From: an uncultured delta proteobacterium
Lineage (GTDB): Bacteria; Myxococcota_A; Polyangia; Polyangiales; B10-G4
NCBI GenBank assembly: GCA_963727445.1
Contig: CAVSGI010000010.1
Span: 1,056,001 to 1,120,000 of the forward strand
Reading direction: 5' to 3'
DNA: 64,000 bases
Position 1 is the stretch's first letter; each line of letters opens with the position of its first letter. The notes under the pieces are model-generated. The model was not told the origin of the DNA. It saw only the letters and a program-made list of their open reading frames with translations, and ran no database searches. The position numbers were made by a program, and so were the translations under genes. Shown piece after piece: positions 28,875 through 38,867 of this stretch.

Positions 28875-30335
28875 ATGATGGTCGGCGAGCCGTCCCTTGC
28901 ACCCGCACGCCGCGCGCCCGTCCATCCCTCCTACCGAGGGCAGCGTGACCTCGAGGCCTATGGCGGCATCCGCACCCGACGCGCGGTGGAGGTCTACGCG
29001 CCGACGTCCGAGCCAGCGCTCGCGAATCTGATCGCGCGGCTTCGCGAGCGGGGCCGGCGATTCGCGCCTCTCGGTGCTTGTCTCGCCTTCGACGGACAGG
29101 GCTTGCCCGAGAGCGTCGCGATCGAGACGTCGGGGCTCGACCACCTCCACGTCGACGTCGGCGAGCGCCGCCTGATCGCAGGCGCGGGGGTGACGACGGG
29201 GCGCGCGGCGGCCGCCGCCCTCTTGCACGGCATGATGATCCCGGTCGTGCCCAGCACCAGCCGAGTCACGCTCGGCGGCTCGGCGTCGTCCGACGCCTAC
29301 TCCCGGATGACCCCGGGCCTCGGCCGCGAGAGCCGACACATCCGCGCCATCCGTCTGCTCACGCCGTGCGGCGAGGCGCTGCGTTGCTCGAGGCACGACA
29401 ACGCCGACCTCTTCCATGCCGCCGTGGGAGGCTTCGGGCTCACGGGAATCATCACGGAGGTCGAGTACGCGCTTCTGGACATCGGATGCCCGTCGGCTCT
29501 CCGCTCGAGCGCGCACGCCTTCGAGGGCGTGGACGGCCTCGCGCATCTCGTGCCCGAAAATCTGCCCAACGGCCTCGCCGAGGGATCCTGGCCGGGCGCG
29601 GGCTCGGTCGTCATCCGCCGAGGCGACCGGCTCAAGACGATGCTGACCCGACATCGCTACGAGCAGAGCGCCGAGCGGCGGCCCACGGTCGCCCACGAGC
29701 GAGGCCCGATGCGCCTCGGAATCGAGCTCTTCGTCCGGAGCATGCCCGGCGTCGCCTCGTGGTTCTGGGAGCGAAACTGGGTGCCAGGCAGACCCCTGGA
29801 GTTCGTGGACGACGTCTGGTCCGCGACCTTCTTCATGGACGCGAACCTCGATGCGAACGCTCTGGTGCGGCGATTGGGGCATGCGACGACCATCATCCAG
29901 CAGAGCTTCGTCCTTCCCGCAGACGGGCGCGCCGCGTCTTCCGCGCTCCGAGTCGAGTGCTTCGTTCGCGAAGCCATGGATCGTTTCCGCCGTGCCGACC
30001 TCCATCCGACCATGTTCGATGTGGGCTTTCTGCCGGCCGCCGAGCCTTTCGTCTTCGCCAGCAATCCTGGCTTCGATGCTTTTCTGGTCTCCGCCGCCTT
30101 TCTCCTCGCGCCCCGGGCTGCGCCCGCGCCCGTTTCGCGGGCTCTCGAGGCGCTCACGACCGTCTGTGTCCGGGATTACGGGGGCACGGTCCACCTCACG
30201 AAACAGGCGTTCTGCTCCGACCAGCTCCTCCGCGACCTCTACGAGGAGCCCATCCGAAGGCTCCGCGCCCTGCGCCGAGCGCATGATCCCGAGGCCCTGG
30301 TCGACACCGCGCTCGGGGCGCGCCTCGGCCTCTGA
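28875..30335 (+). CDS. FAD-binding oxidoreductase (DprE1-like/VAO family)
   Basis: PVVPSTSRVTLGG, DLFHAAVGGFGLTGII, GGTVHLTK and terminal HDP..RLGL. Confidence 0.75.
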   Translation: MMVGEPSLAPARRAPVHPSYRGQRDLEAYGGIRTRRAVEVYAPTSEPALANLIARLRERGRRFAPLGACLAFDGQGLPESVAIETSGLDHLHVDVGERRLIAGAGVTTGRAAAAALLHGMMIPVVPSTSRVTLGGSASSDAYSRMTPGLGRESRHIRAIRLLTPCGEALRCSRHDNADLFHAAVGGFGLTGIITEVEYALLDIGCPSALRSSAHAFEGVDGLAHLVPENLPNGLAEGSWPGAGSVVIRRGDRLKTMLTRHRYEQSAERRPTVAHERGPMRLGIELFVRSMPGVASWFWERNWVPGRPLEFVDDVWSATFFMDANLDANALVRRLGHATTIIQQSFVLPADGRAASSALRVECFVREAMDRFRRADLHPTMFDVGFLPAAEPFVFASNPGFDAFLVSAAFLLAPRAAPAPVSRALEALTTVCVRDYGGTVHLTKQAFCSDQLLRDLYEEPIRRLRALRRAHDPEALVDTALGARLGL

Positions 30336-30407
30336 TCGCCGCCCTCTCCCGCCCAAAGGTGCACCATTCTGCCTCCGCTCGGCGGCTTTGAGGTACGCTC
30401 CCTTTCG

Positions 30408-30818
30408 ATGCCCTCTGATCCACTCTTCGACGCGCTGGGTCGCTTCCGCCAAGCCTGGGTATCGCGCGGCTGGAGTTGGGACCGTCGCTTCGATTGCGTC
30501 GCGTCGACCTTCGATCTCACCCTCATCGGCAGCGCGCGCGATGCGGTGACCGGCGCCTTCCCGCACGAGTGGACCTCGAAGACGCTCAAGCGCGCCCCGG
30601 AGATGGTGCGTTTGGTCGCGGAGATGACCGGCGGCGTGAGGCCGGACCAGCTGATCTACGCGATGAGCGACGACGACGACGAAGCGGTGGTCTGCTTCGC
30701 TCTGTGGTGGCCGTGGGGCGGTGAGGGCAGCAACATCTCGCTGCGCGTCGGGCTCTACGGCGCCTCCTTCGAAGAAGTCACGCAGCTCCGCGAGCTCTTC
30801 GGCGCGATGGACGACTGA
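30408..30818 (+). CDS. Hypothetical protein
   Basis: 136-aa ORF with genome-typical codon use filling an intergenic gap. Confidence 0.65.
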   Translation: MPSDPLFDALGRFRQAWVSRGWSWDRRFDCVASTFDLTLIGSARDAVTGAFPHEWTSKTLKRAPEMVRLVAEMTGGVRPDQLIYAMSDDDDEAVVCFALWWPWGGEGSNISLRVGLYGASFEEVTQLRELFGAMDD

Positions 30819-30826
30819 AAGCGGCG

Positions 30827-31981
30827 TCAGTCGTTCTTCAGCTCGACGCGCAGGTCCTTCAGGAAGCGCGGGCCAGCAACGCGGAGAAAGGGTCCGACCG
30901 GGAGGTTGGCCCCCAGGGCCAGGATGTCGGTCGCGTTCGCGTGCTCGTCCAGGAAGGCGAACACGCGATCGGGCGGGTTGTAGTGAAACATCGCCGCGAA
31001 GACCTCCGCCATGCGCTCCGGAGAACGCGCGGTCACCTTCAGGAAGATCTGGTCGAGCCACGCGAAGACCGATGGCGTCTCGGGGAGTGCGAAGGGATGT
31101 CCTTCGGCCGCCAGGCTCTCGGCGATCCGCTCGGCGTCGTCGACGATGCGCGTGAATGCATATCCCGAGGTCGGCTTGAGCCGACCGCCGGCGAGCCCGA
31201 TGGCGAGCTGTCGCTCACCGAGCTTCCTCGGGAACGGCGCGTCGGTCATCAAGCTGTCTCCCGACTCGCGGCGAGCGATCGAGTAGTCCTCGATGCCGAG
31301 GACTCGCTCGACGTAATCGCCGAGCGCTGCCGCATGATCGCAAGGGTCGAAGCTCACGTGCTCCACCAGCGCCTTTCGACGCGAGAAAGGCAACACGTAG
31401 ACGAAGCGTTGGTCGTGCTCCTGGGGCGTGCGGAAGTCGAAGAGGGTCACGCGGCGATCGTCGAAGGCGTCGTGCACCGTCTCCACGTCCCAGCCGAGAA
31501 AGCGCTGGGTGAGGGCGACGTGTCCGTCGGCCGGGCGGACCCGGGTCGCGGTGGGACGGCTGTCGAAAAGCCATTTCCCACGCCGCGCGCCGCCAGAGAA
31601 ACGCGCCTCCACCGCGTCGGGCCCCTCCGCGATCTCGTTCACCGATGCGCGGACGATCTCCGCACGGCCCGCCCGTTCGAGGCGCGCGAGGCAGGTTTCG
31701 CGAAGCGCGCGGCCCGTGATGACGTGGTAGCGGTAGGTGTCGAGATCGCCGAGCTCCCGGCCGCGCTCGGTGATCACCTCCACCTCTTTCCAGGTGGCGC
31801 TCACCGCCTCGGCGAGCGGTGGCTCCCCCGTGCACCAGAAGGCGTAGGTCCGGTTCTCGAGGTCTGCCAGGCTGGGATCGATGAGGCACGCGCTGGCCTC
31901 CCCGAAGCGTTCGAGGAGCTGCACTGCGGTGACCAGACCTGAAGCGCCGGCACCGGCGAAGAGGAAATCCACGTCGCTCAC
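30827..31981 (-). CDS. Lycopene cyclase family flavoprotein
   Basis: GAGASG, FDSRP, QRFLGW, TLFDFR, FVYVLPFS, LVEH and GGRLKPTSGYAF motifs. Confidence 0.82.
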   Translation of the reverse strand: MSDVDFLFAGAGASGLVTAVQLLERFGEASACLIDPSLADLENRTYAFWCTGEPPLAEAVSATWKEVEVITERGRELGDLDTYRYHVITGRALRETCLARLERAGRAEIVRASVNEIAEGPDAVEARFSGGARRGKWLFDSRPTATRVRPADGHVALTQRFLGWDVETVHDAFDDRRVTLFDFRTPQEHDQRFVYVLPFSRRKALVEHVSFDPCDHAAALGDYVERVLGIEDYSIARRESGDSLMTDAPFPRKLGERQLAIGLAGGRLKPTSGYAFTRIVDDAERIAESLAAEGHPFALPETPSVFAWLDQIFLKVTARSPERMAEVFAAMFHYNPPDRVFAFLDEHANATDILALGANLPVGPFLRVAGPRFLKDLRVELKND

Positions 31982-32093
31982 GAGCGCGCATCATCCCACA
32001 GCCCGGGCGAGGGCTTCATCCACTGTAAGAGGCGATAGGCGCCCCCACCGATCGCTGATAGCCTGGCCGGCCCACCATCCCCGAGGAGGCCAC

Positions 32094-33200
32094 GTGGCCA
32101 AGAAGAAGACGGGCGAAGCACAGTCGGCGCAGCGGCCGCCGGCGGAGATCCTCTACGCGGAGGAGCTGTCGAAGCTGCGCGAGAAGGACAAAGGCGAGAA
32201 GCCCCCGGGCTGGTCGATGTCGCTGCCAGCGGTGCGCCGCTTCATCCTGGGCGATCCCGACCTCGGTATCCGAAAGAAGTTCGTGGGCAATCCGTCGCTG
32301 GTGGACCGGGCGATGGTCACGCTGGCGACGAGCCGGGGGCTGATGCTGATCGGCGAGCCGGGGACGGCCAAGTCGCTGCTCTCGGAGCTCCTCGCGGCGG
32401 CGATCAGCGGCGACTCGACGCTCACCATCCAGGGGGGCGCGGCGACCACCGAGGATCAGATCAAGTACTCGTGGAACTACGCGCTCCTCGTCTCCGAAGG
32501 GCCCTCTCCGAAGGCGCTGGTGCCGGCGCCGATGTATCGGGGGATGAGCGAGGGGAAGATCGTCCGCTTCGAGGAGATCACCCGCTGCCCCCTGGAGGTA
32601 CAGGACTCGATGCTCTCGCTGCTCTCGGACCGGGTGCTCGCGGTGCCCGAGCTCGAAGGCGCGCACGGGATGGTCTTCGCGACCGAGGGCTTCAACGTCA
32701 TCGCGACGGCGAACACCCGCGACCGCGGCGTCAACGAGATGAGCGCTGCGCTCAAGCGCCGCCTGAACTTCGAGACCGTCTTCCCGATCGCCGACTACGA
32801 GACCGAGCTGGCGCTCGTGCGCTCGGAGGCGAGCCGGCTCCTCGAGAAGTCCGGCGTACCCATCGCACCGGACCCCGACGTCCTCGACATCCTGGTGACG
32901 ACCTTCCGCGAGCTTCGCAGCGGCGAGACCAGCGACGGGCAGGCGATGGAGCGTCTCTCCACCGTGATGTCGACGGCCGAAGCCGTCTCGGTGGCGCACA
33001 CGGTGGGCGTCCGCGGCTACTACCTGCGCGGCGAAGCCGGGACGCCGGAGGACGTGGTGGAGTGCCTGTCGGGCACTGCGGCGAAGGACTCCGAGGACGA
33101 CCTCAAACGCATCCGCCGCTACCTCGAGCAGAGCGTGCCCAAGAAGAAGGGCAAGCACTGGAAGATGCTCTACGAAGCGCGGAACCTCCTCCCCGGCTGA
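32094..33200 (+). CDS. yehL: MoxR-type AAA+ ATPase, YehL-like
   Basis: RPPAEILYAEEL, Walker A GEPGTAKS, Walker B VRFEE, ATANTRDRGVNEMSAALKRR; GAGGAGG RBS before the GTG. Confidence 0.88.
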   Translation: MAKKKTGEAQSAQRPPAEILYAEELSKLREKDKGEKPPGWSMSLPAVRRFILGDPDLGIRKKFVGNPSLVDRAMVTLATSRGLMLIGEPGTAKSLLSELLAAAISGDSTLTIQGGAATTEDQIKYSWNYALLVSEGPSPKALVPAPMYRGMSEGKIVRFEEITRCPLEVQDSMLSLLSDRVLAVPELEGAHGMVFATEGFNVIATANTRDRGVNEMSAALKRRLNFETVFPIADYETELALVRSEASRLLEKSGVPIAPDPDVLDILVTTFRELRSGETSDGQAMERLSTVMSTAEAVSVAHTVGVRGYYLRGEAGTPEDVVECLSGTAAKDSEDDLKRIRRYLEQSVPKKKGKHWKMLYEARNLLPG

Positions 33201-33217
33201 AGATGGTCTGAGCCTCG

Positions 33218-35686
33218 ATGGCGATCCGCTACATCGGCGTCCGGCACCACAGCCCGGCCTGCGCGCGGCTGGTGCGGCACGTGATCCGCGAGCTGGCGCC
33301 CGCGTACGTGCTGATCGAGGGCCCCGCCGACATGAACGATCGCATCAGCGAGCTGCTCCTCGAGCATCAGCTGCCGCTCGCGATCTTCAGCTACTACCAG
33401 AACCTTCCGGTGGAGCTCGGACACGGGCATGGGCACGGGCACGCGCCGGCGGTCGTGGACGACGCCGAAGGTGGACAAGGGGATGAAGAGCCCCGCGTCG
33501 TCCACCAGCGCTTCGCCTCATGGTCGCCCTTCTGCGACTACTCGCCCGAGTGGGTCGCGATCAAGGAGGGCGCGAGGGCGGGGGCCGACGTGCTCTTCAT
33601 CGATCTGCCTTCGTGGGACAAGGCCTTCGCCGGCGTCGAGAATCGCTACTCGGATGGCGACCGCCGGATGAACGACGCGGTGGTGGCGCTCTGCGAGCGC
33701 TTCGGTGTCGACGGCATGGACGCGCTCTGGGACCACCTCTTCGAGCAGGAGATGCCGGAAGCCGTCCTCGAGGAGCGTCTCGGGGCGTATTTCGAGGGCC
33801 TGCGCGGCGACCTGCCCGGCGGCGACCGCGACGGGCCACGCGAAGCGTTCATGGCGAAGTACATCGCCCACTACGCCAGAGAGGCCGGCAAGGGCGACGT
33901 CCTCGTGCTCACCGGCGGTTATCACAAGCCGGCCCTCGAGCGCATGGTCCCGAAGGAGAGCGGCGAGGCCCTCCCGGAGATGCCTCAGCCCCACGAAGAG
34001 GCGCGCCACGGCAGCTTCCTCGTCCCCTACTCCTTCCGCCGCCTCGACAGCTTCACCGGCTACCAGTCCGGCATGCCCTCGCCCCAGTACTACCAGACTG
34101 TCTGGGAAGAGGGCGTGGACGAGGCCCCGGACGCGCTCCTCGAGACCGCCGTCAAGCGCTTGCGCGACAAGGACCAGCGCGTCTCCGCTGCCGATCTGAT
34201 CGCCGTTCGCACCATGGCCGAGGGCCTCGCCCGCATGCGCGGCCACAAGCACCTCGCCCGCGTCGACATCCTCGACGGCATCGCCGCCGCGCTCGTGAAG
34301 GACGCCCAGGACGCGCCGTTGCCCTGGACCCAGCGCGGCACCATCCGCCACGGCACCGATCCGATCCTGGTCGAAGTGGTCGCCGCGCTCTCCGGCGAAA
34401 AGCGCGGCAAGCTCCACCCCGACACGCCACGCCCGCCGCTCATCCACGACGTCGCGAGCGAGCTCGAAAACCACGACCTCGTTCCGAAGGAGACCAAGCG
34501 CCGCGTCGAGGTGGATCTCACCGACGCCGCGGGCCTCGCGAAGAGCCGCGTCCTGCACCGTCTCAACGTCCTCGGGATCCCCGGTTTCATCCGCACCCAC
34601 GGCCCGCGCTGGGCCACGGACCCGGTGCTCGAAGAGCGCTGGGAGATCCTCGAGCTCTTCGAACAGGAGTCGGCGATCATCGAAGCGTCGGCCTACGGCG
34701 CGTCCCTGATGAGCGCCGCCGGGGCGAAGCTGGAGGAGGCCGCCGAGCAGGCCGAGGGAAACCTCGCCGCCCTCACCGACGTCCTCGGCGCCGCGACCTT
34801 CGTCGGAATGGAGCTCCTCGGCGGGCGCATCCTCTCCCAGCTCCACTCGCTCGCTGGCAAGGAGAACGACTTCCAGCGGCTGGGCCACGCGCTGACCCGG
34901 CTCCTCGCCCTCTATCGCCACGACACCCTCCTCGGCTCGGCGCGGAGCGAGGCCCTCGGCACCGTCGTCGAGGCCGCCTACGAACGCGGCCTGTGGCTGG
35001 TCGAGGGGATCAGCGGCAGCCAGGCCGACGTCGGCCCCGGGCTCCTCGAGGCGGTGGTCGCGATCCGCGACGCGCTCCGCTTCGCCGGCAACGCGCGCGG
35101 GCTCAACGCCGACCGGGCCCAGGGCGTGATGACCCGGCGCTCCGTGGACGACGACGCGCCGCCGGATCTCCGCGGTGCGGCCCTCGGGTTTCTCTGGAGC
35201 ATGGGCACCTTCGAGTCCACCGAGGACGCCGAGGCGCACGCGGTGCGCGCGCTGCACAAGGCGTCACAGCCCGCTCAGCTCGGCGACTGGCTCGCCGGAC
35301 TCTTCGCCCTCGCCCGTGAAGAGGTGCTCTACGGCGAAGAGCACGAGGACGATCACGAGGATGATGAGAAGAAGCGCGACACCTCGCTCCTCTCGGTCCT
35401 CGACGACACCGTCTCCAGCCTCGGCCACGAGGACTACCTGATCGCCCTGCCCTCGCTGCGCCTCGCCTTCAGCTACTTCCCGCCCCGCGAGAAGGAGAGC
35501 CTCGCGCGCCGCATCCTGCGCTTTCACGGCGAGGAGAAGGTCTCTCCCATGTCGCTCACGCGCCTGCCGGTGGAGGCCAAGACGCTGGTCAGCTCGAAGG
35601 CCCTCGAGACGCGCGTGGACGAGCGGGAGGCGAAGTACGGCCTCGGTCCCTGGACCCCCGAGAACGAAGCGGAGGCGAGCCCGTGA
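33218..35686 (+). CDS. yehM: DUF5682 / YehM-like protein
   Basis: GVRHHSPACA, LIEGPAD, DYSPEWVA, TGGYH and GYQSGMPSPQYY motifs. Confidence 0.85.
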   Translation: MAIRYIGVRHHSPACARLVRHVIRELAPAYVLIEGPADMNDRISELLLEHQLPLAIFSYYQNLPVELGHGHGHGHAPAVVDDAEGGQGDEEPRVVHQRFASWSPFCDYSPEWVAIKEGARAGADVLFIDLPSWDKAFAGVENRYSDGDRRMNDAVVALCERFGVDGMDALWDHLFEQEMPEAVLEERLGAYFEGLRGDLPGGDRDGPREAFMAKYIAHYAREAGKGDVLVLTGGYHKPALERMVPKESGEALPEMPQPHEEARHGSFLVPYSFRRLDSFTGYQSGMPSPQYYQTVWEEGVDEAPDALLETAVKRLRDKDQRVSAADLIAVRTMAEGLARMRGHKHLARVDILDGIAAALVKDAQDAPLPWTQRGTIRHGTDPILVEVVAALSGEKRGKLHPDTPRPPLIHDVASELENHDLVPKETKRRVEVDLTDAAGLAKSRVLHRLNVLGIPGFIRTHGPRWATDPVLEERWEILELFEQESAIIEASAYGASLMSAAGAKLEEAAEQAEGNLAALTDVLGAATFVGMELLGGRILSQLHSLAGKENDFQRLGHALTRLLALYRHDTLLGSARSEALGTVVEAAYERGLWLVEGISGSQADVGPGLLEAVVAIRDALRFAGNARGLNADRAQGVMTRRSVDDDAPPDLRGAALGFLWSMGTFESTEDAEAHAVRALHKASQPAQLGDWLAGLFALAREEVLYGEEHEDDHEDDEKKRDTSLLSVLDDTVSSLGHEDYLIALPSLRLAFSYFPPREKESLARRILRFHGEEKVSPMSLTRLPVEAKTLVSSKALETRVDEREAKYGLGPWTPENEAEASP

Positions 35687-36849
35687 GCGACGGCGCAGAC
35701 GAGCCTCTCGAGCCCATCGTCCGCTGGCGTCTCATCCTTGGCGAGGCGTCCGGCGGCGCGCTCGGCCAGCCCGGCGGCGCCGCGCGCTCGATGGACGCCG
35801 CCCTCGAGTGGCTCTACGGCCGCGAAGGCGACCTCGCGGGCCGAGGCGTGCGCGGGCAGGGGGGTGGTGAGCCTGGCTCGGATTGCTCGGGGGGGAGCGG
35901 CGGCTCGGTCCTCGACGTCCCCACCTGGCTCGACGAGGTCCACAAGCTCTTCCCCAAGGAGACCATCGAGCGTCTCGAGCGTGACGCCGTCGAGCGCTAC
36001 GAGATCCACGAGGTCGTGACCAACCCCGAGGTGCTCGAACGGATCGAGCCCAACGAGACGCTGCTGAAGGCGGTGCTCAAGACGAAGCACCTGATGAACG
36101 ACAAGGTGCTCGTACTCGCGCGGCGCATCGTCGCCGAGGTGGTCAAGCAGCTGATGGAGAAGATGGCCAAGGAGATCCGGAATGCCTTCAGCGGCACCCT
36201 CGATCGCCGGCGCCACTCCCCGCTCAAGAACAGCAAAAACTTCGACTTCAAGCGGACGCTCCGCGCCAACCTCGGGCGCTACGTCCCCGACGAAAAGAAG
36301 ATCTACCTCGACAAGACCTTCTTCTTCTCGCGCACCAAGCGCCACACCGAGAAGTGGCAGGTGATCCTCCTCGTCGACCAGTCGGGCTCGATGGCCGGCT
36401 CGGTGATTCACTCTGCGGTGACCGCGGCGTGCCTCTGGGGCCTCCCCGGCCTGAAGTGCCACCTGGTCGCCTTCGACACCAACGTCGTCGACCTGACGGA
36501 CGACGTGGTCGATCCGGTCGAGCTGCTCATGAAAGTCCAGCTCGGCGGCGGCACCAACATCGCCAACGCGGTGCAGTACGCGACCGAGCTCGTCGAAGCT
36601 CCGCGCCGCGCGATCGTGGTCCTGATCAGCGACTTCTTCGAAGGCGGCGACCCCTACCGGCTCCTTCAGCTGATCAAGGGGCTCTGCGAGCAGAAGACGA
36701 CCGTGCTGGGCCTCGCGGCGCTCGAGGTGGACGCGACGCCGAACTTCGACCGCCAGATGGCGGCGCAGATGGTGGAGCTGGGGGCCCACGTGGGCGCCAT
36801 GACGCCGGGGCAGCTCGCGGAGTTCATCGCCGAGAAGGTGGGCAAGTGA
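35683..36849 (+). CDS. yehP: VWA (CoxE-like) protein, YehP-like
   Basis: RWRLILG, MIDAS motif DQSGS, QLGGGTNI and ISDFFEGG. Confidence 0.88.
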   Translation: MSDGADEPLEPIVRWRLILGEASGGALGQPGGAARSMDAALEWLYGREGDLAGRGVRGQGGGEPGSDCSGGSGGSVLDVPTWLDEVHKLFPKETIERLERDAVERYEIHEVVTNPEVLERIEPNETLLKAVLKTKHLMNDKVLVLARRIVAEVVKQLMEKMAKEIRNAFSGTLDRRRHSPLKNSKNFDFKRTLRANLGRYVPDEKKIYLDKTFFFSRTKRHTEKWQVILLVDQSGSMAGSVIHSAVTAACLWGLPGLKCHLVAFDTNVVDLTDDVVDPVELLMKVQLGGGTNIANAVQYATELVEAPRRAIVVLISDFFEGGDPYRLLQLIKGLCEQKTTVLGLAALEVDATPNFDRQMAAQMVELGAHVGAMTPGQLAEFIAEKVGK

Positions 36850-38867
36850 CGATCCGCGACGATCTCTTGCGCCTCACCCCCGACGCCCTCGCGTCCCTCG
36901 CCAACAAGGGCCTGGTCAAGCGCGCGCAGAAGGAGATCGACGCGGGGAAGGTCCCGGAGATCGAGACCCAGGACGACGGCACCGTGATCGGCCGCTGGGA
37001 CGACGGCGTGGTGACCACCATCCCCGACGACACGCCGCTCAAGGACTGGCCCTGCACCTGCGGCGCGCGCGGCAAGTGTCGCCACCGCGTGGGGCTGGTC
37101 TTCGCCTACCAGCAGTTCCAGGCGGGCCGCGCGAGCGCGCCTCCCGAGGTGCGCGAGGTGCGCGCCGAGACGCTGGTCGAATGGTCGCCGGCGATCTTCG
37201 ACGACGAGGAGCTCACCGCCCTCGCCGGTAAGCGCGCCATGAGCCGCGCGCGGTCGCTGCGCCGCAAGGGCTACATCGCGAAGGTGCGCCGCCCCACCGC
37301 CGAGGATCCGGTGCCGACCGTCGAGCTCTCCACCTGCACCGTGCGCTTTCTGGTGCCGCGCGAGCTCGCCCACGCCCAGACCGATTCGCGCGACCTCAAC
37401 GAGCACGTCTTCGTGACCCTCGCGGTGTGGGCCTTCCGCGTCGCCGACGAGACCAGGCCCGAGGGCAGCGTCGTCGAGGTCGAGGTGGCGGCCGAAGAAG
37501 CGACCACCGGGGCCATCGCGCCGAGCCTCGGCCGCGCAAAGGCCCTCGCCGACGAGATCCTCCTCGAGGGCGTCGTCAACGGCCGGCCCTCGCAGGCCGC
37601 GCAGTTCGAGCGCGTGCGCCGCGAGCTCGACAAGGAGAAGCTCATCTGGCCGTCGCTCTGTGTCGACGAGATCGAGGCTCAGCTCCTCGCCTATCACGCG
37701 CGGAGCGCGCACTACCACGTGAGCGCCTTCGCCGACCTGGTGCTCGAGCTCCACGCGCGCGACCGCGCCGCGCGACGCGGCGACGGGGTCCCGTCGCGCA
37801 GCATCCTCGGCCTCGGCGAGTCGATGAGCACCGACATGAAGCACCTGAGCCTCCTCGCGCTCGGGGCGCGGGTCACCGGCGCCGACAACGAGCGGCGCGC
37901 CGACGTCTTCTTCATCGACTCGAAGACCTCGACCACCCTGGTGCTCCGCCGGGAGTGGAAATTCGAGGAGGGGCAGCCCGTTCCGAGCGGCGACGCGCTC
38001 GCGAAGAAACAGCTCGCCGCCCGCTCCACCCTCGCGTCCCTCGCCAAGGGCAAGGTCGTCACGCAGTCAGCGCAGCGGCGAGCGAACCGCCTGCTCGTCC
38101 TCAAGAAGGGCGCGATCGCGCGGACCAGCGTCGCGCCCTCGGAACATCGCTGGGACGAGCTCCCCGAGCCGCTCCGGGTGACCGACGTCCAAGCGCTCTC
38201 CCGCGAGCTCGCCGAGCGCCCGCCGCGCTTCCTTCGACCCAAGCTCCTCGCCGACAACCTCCGGGTGATCGCCATCGGGCAGATCGCGAAGATGCTCTAC
38301 GCCCCCGGCGCACAACAGCTCAGCGCGCTCGCGACCGACCCTCTCGATCAGCCCTTCGTGCTGCGCCTGGTGCATCGCGCGGCCGCGCCGGGCGCCCTCG
38401 ATCTGCTCGCGCGCGTGCTCTCGGGGTCGGAGGGCGCGCCGCGCTACGTGTCGGGCACCGTGCATCGGACCGCCCAGGGCATCCTGGTCACGCCCATCGC
38501 CGTCCTCGCCGACGAGCTCCACATCCTCGACCTCGCGCCGGAAGAGACCAAGCATCCGATGGAGATCGAGGACGACGTGATCGCCAGCGATCCAACGACG
38601 CAGGCGCTTCACCGCGCGGCCGAGGTCCTCGCGGAAGGGGCCCATCGCGGGCTGCGCCACGTCTCGCCGACCTACGGTGAGCGCATCACCGCGGCGGCGG
38701 CGCGCCTGTCACGGATAGGGCTTTCGAAGACGAGCGAGCGTGTCAGCGCGGTGGCATCCGCGGTGCGCCGCGCGCAGGCGAGCGGTGACGAAGAAGTCGA
38801 AACGCTGGCTGCCCGCGCGTGGGTCGACGCGCTGCTCCGCGTGCGTCTGTGTGAGGAGGTCGTCTGA
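36846..38867 (+). CDS. yehQ: SWIM zinc-finger protein, YehQ-like
   Basis: RDDLLRLTPDALASLANKGLVKRA; SWIM motif CTCGARGKCRH; GTGA overlap with yehP. Confidence 0.82.
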   Translation: MTIRDDLLRLTPDALASLANKGLVKRAQKEIDAGKVPEIETQDDGTVIGRWDDGVVTTIPDDTPLKDWPCTCGARGKCRHRVGLVFAYQQFQAGRASAPPEVREVRAETLVEWSPAIFDDEELTALAGKRAMSRARSLRRKGYIAKVRRPTAEDPVPTVELSTCTVRFLVPRELAHAQTDSRDLNEHVFVTLAVWAFRVADETRPEGSVVEVEVAAEEATTGAIAPSLGRAKALADEILLEGVVNGRPSQAAQFERVRRELDKEKLIWPSLCVDEIEAQLLAYHARSAHYHVSAFADLVLELHARDRAARRGDGVPSRSILGLGESMSTDMKHLSLLALGARVTGADNERRADVFFIDSKTSTTLVLRREWKFEEGQPVPSGDALAKKQLAARSTLASLAKGKVVTQSAQRRANRLLVLKKGAIARTSVAPSEHRWDELPEPLRVTDVQALSRELAERPPRFLRPKLLADNLRVIAIGQIAKMLYAPGAQQLSALATDPLDQPFVLRLVHRAAAPGALDLLARVLSGSEGAPRYVSGTVHRTAQGILVTPIAVLADELHILDLAPEETKHPMEIEDDVIASDPTTQALHRAAEVLAEGAHRGLRHVSPTYGERITAAAARLSRIGLSKTSERVSAVASAVRRAQASGDEEVETLAARAWVDALLRVRLCEEVV

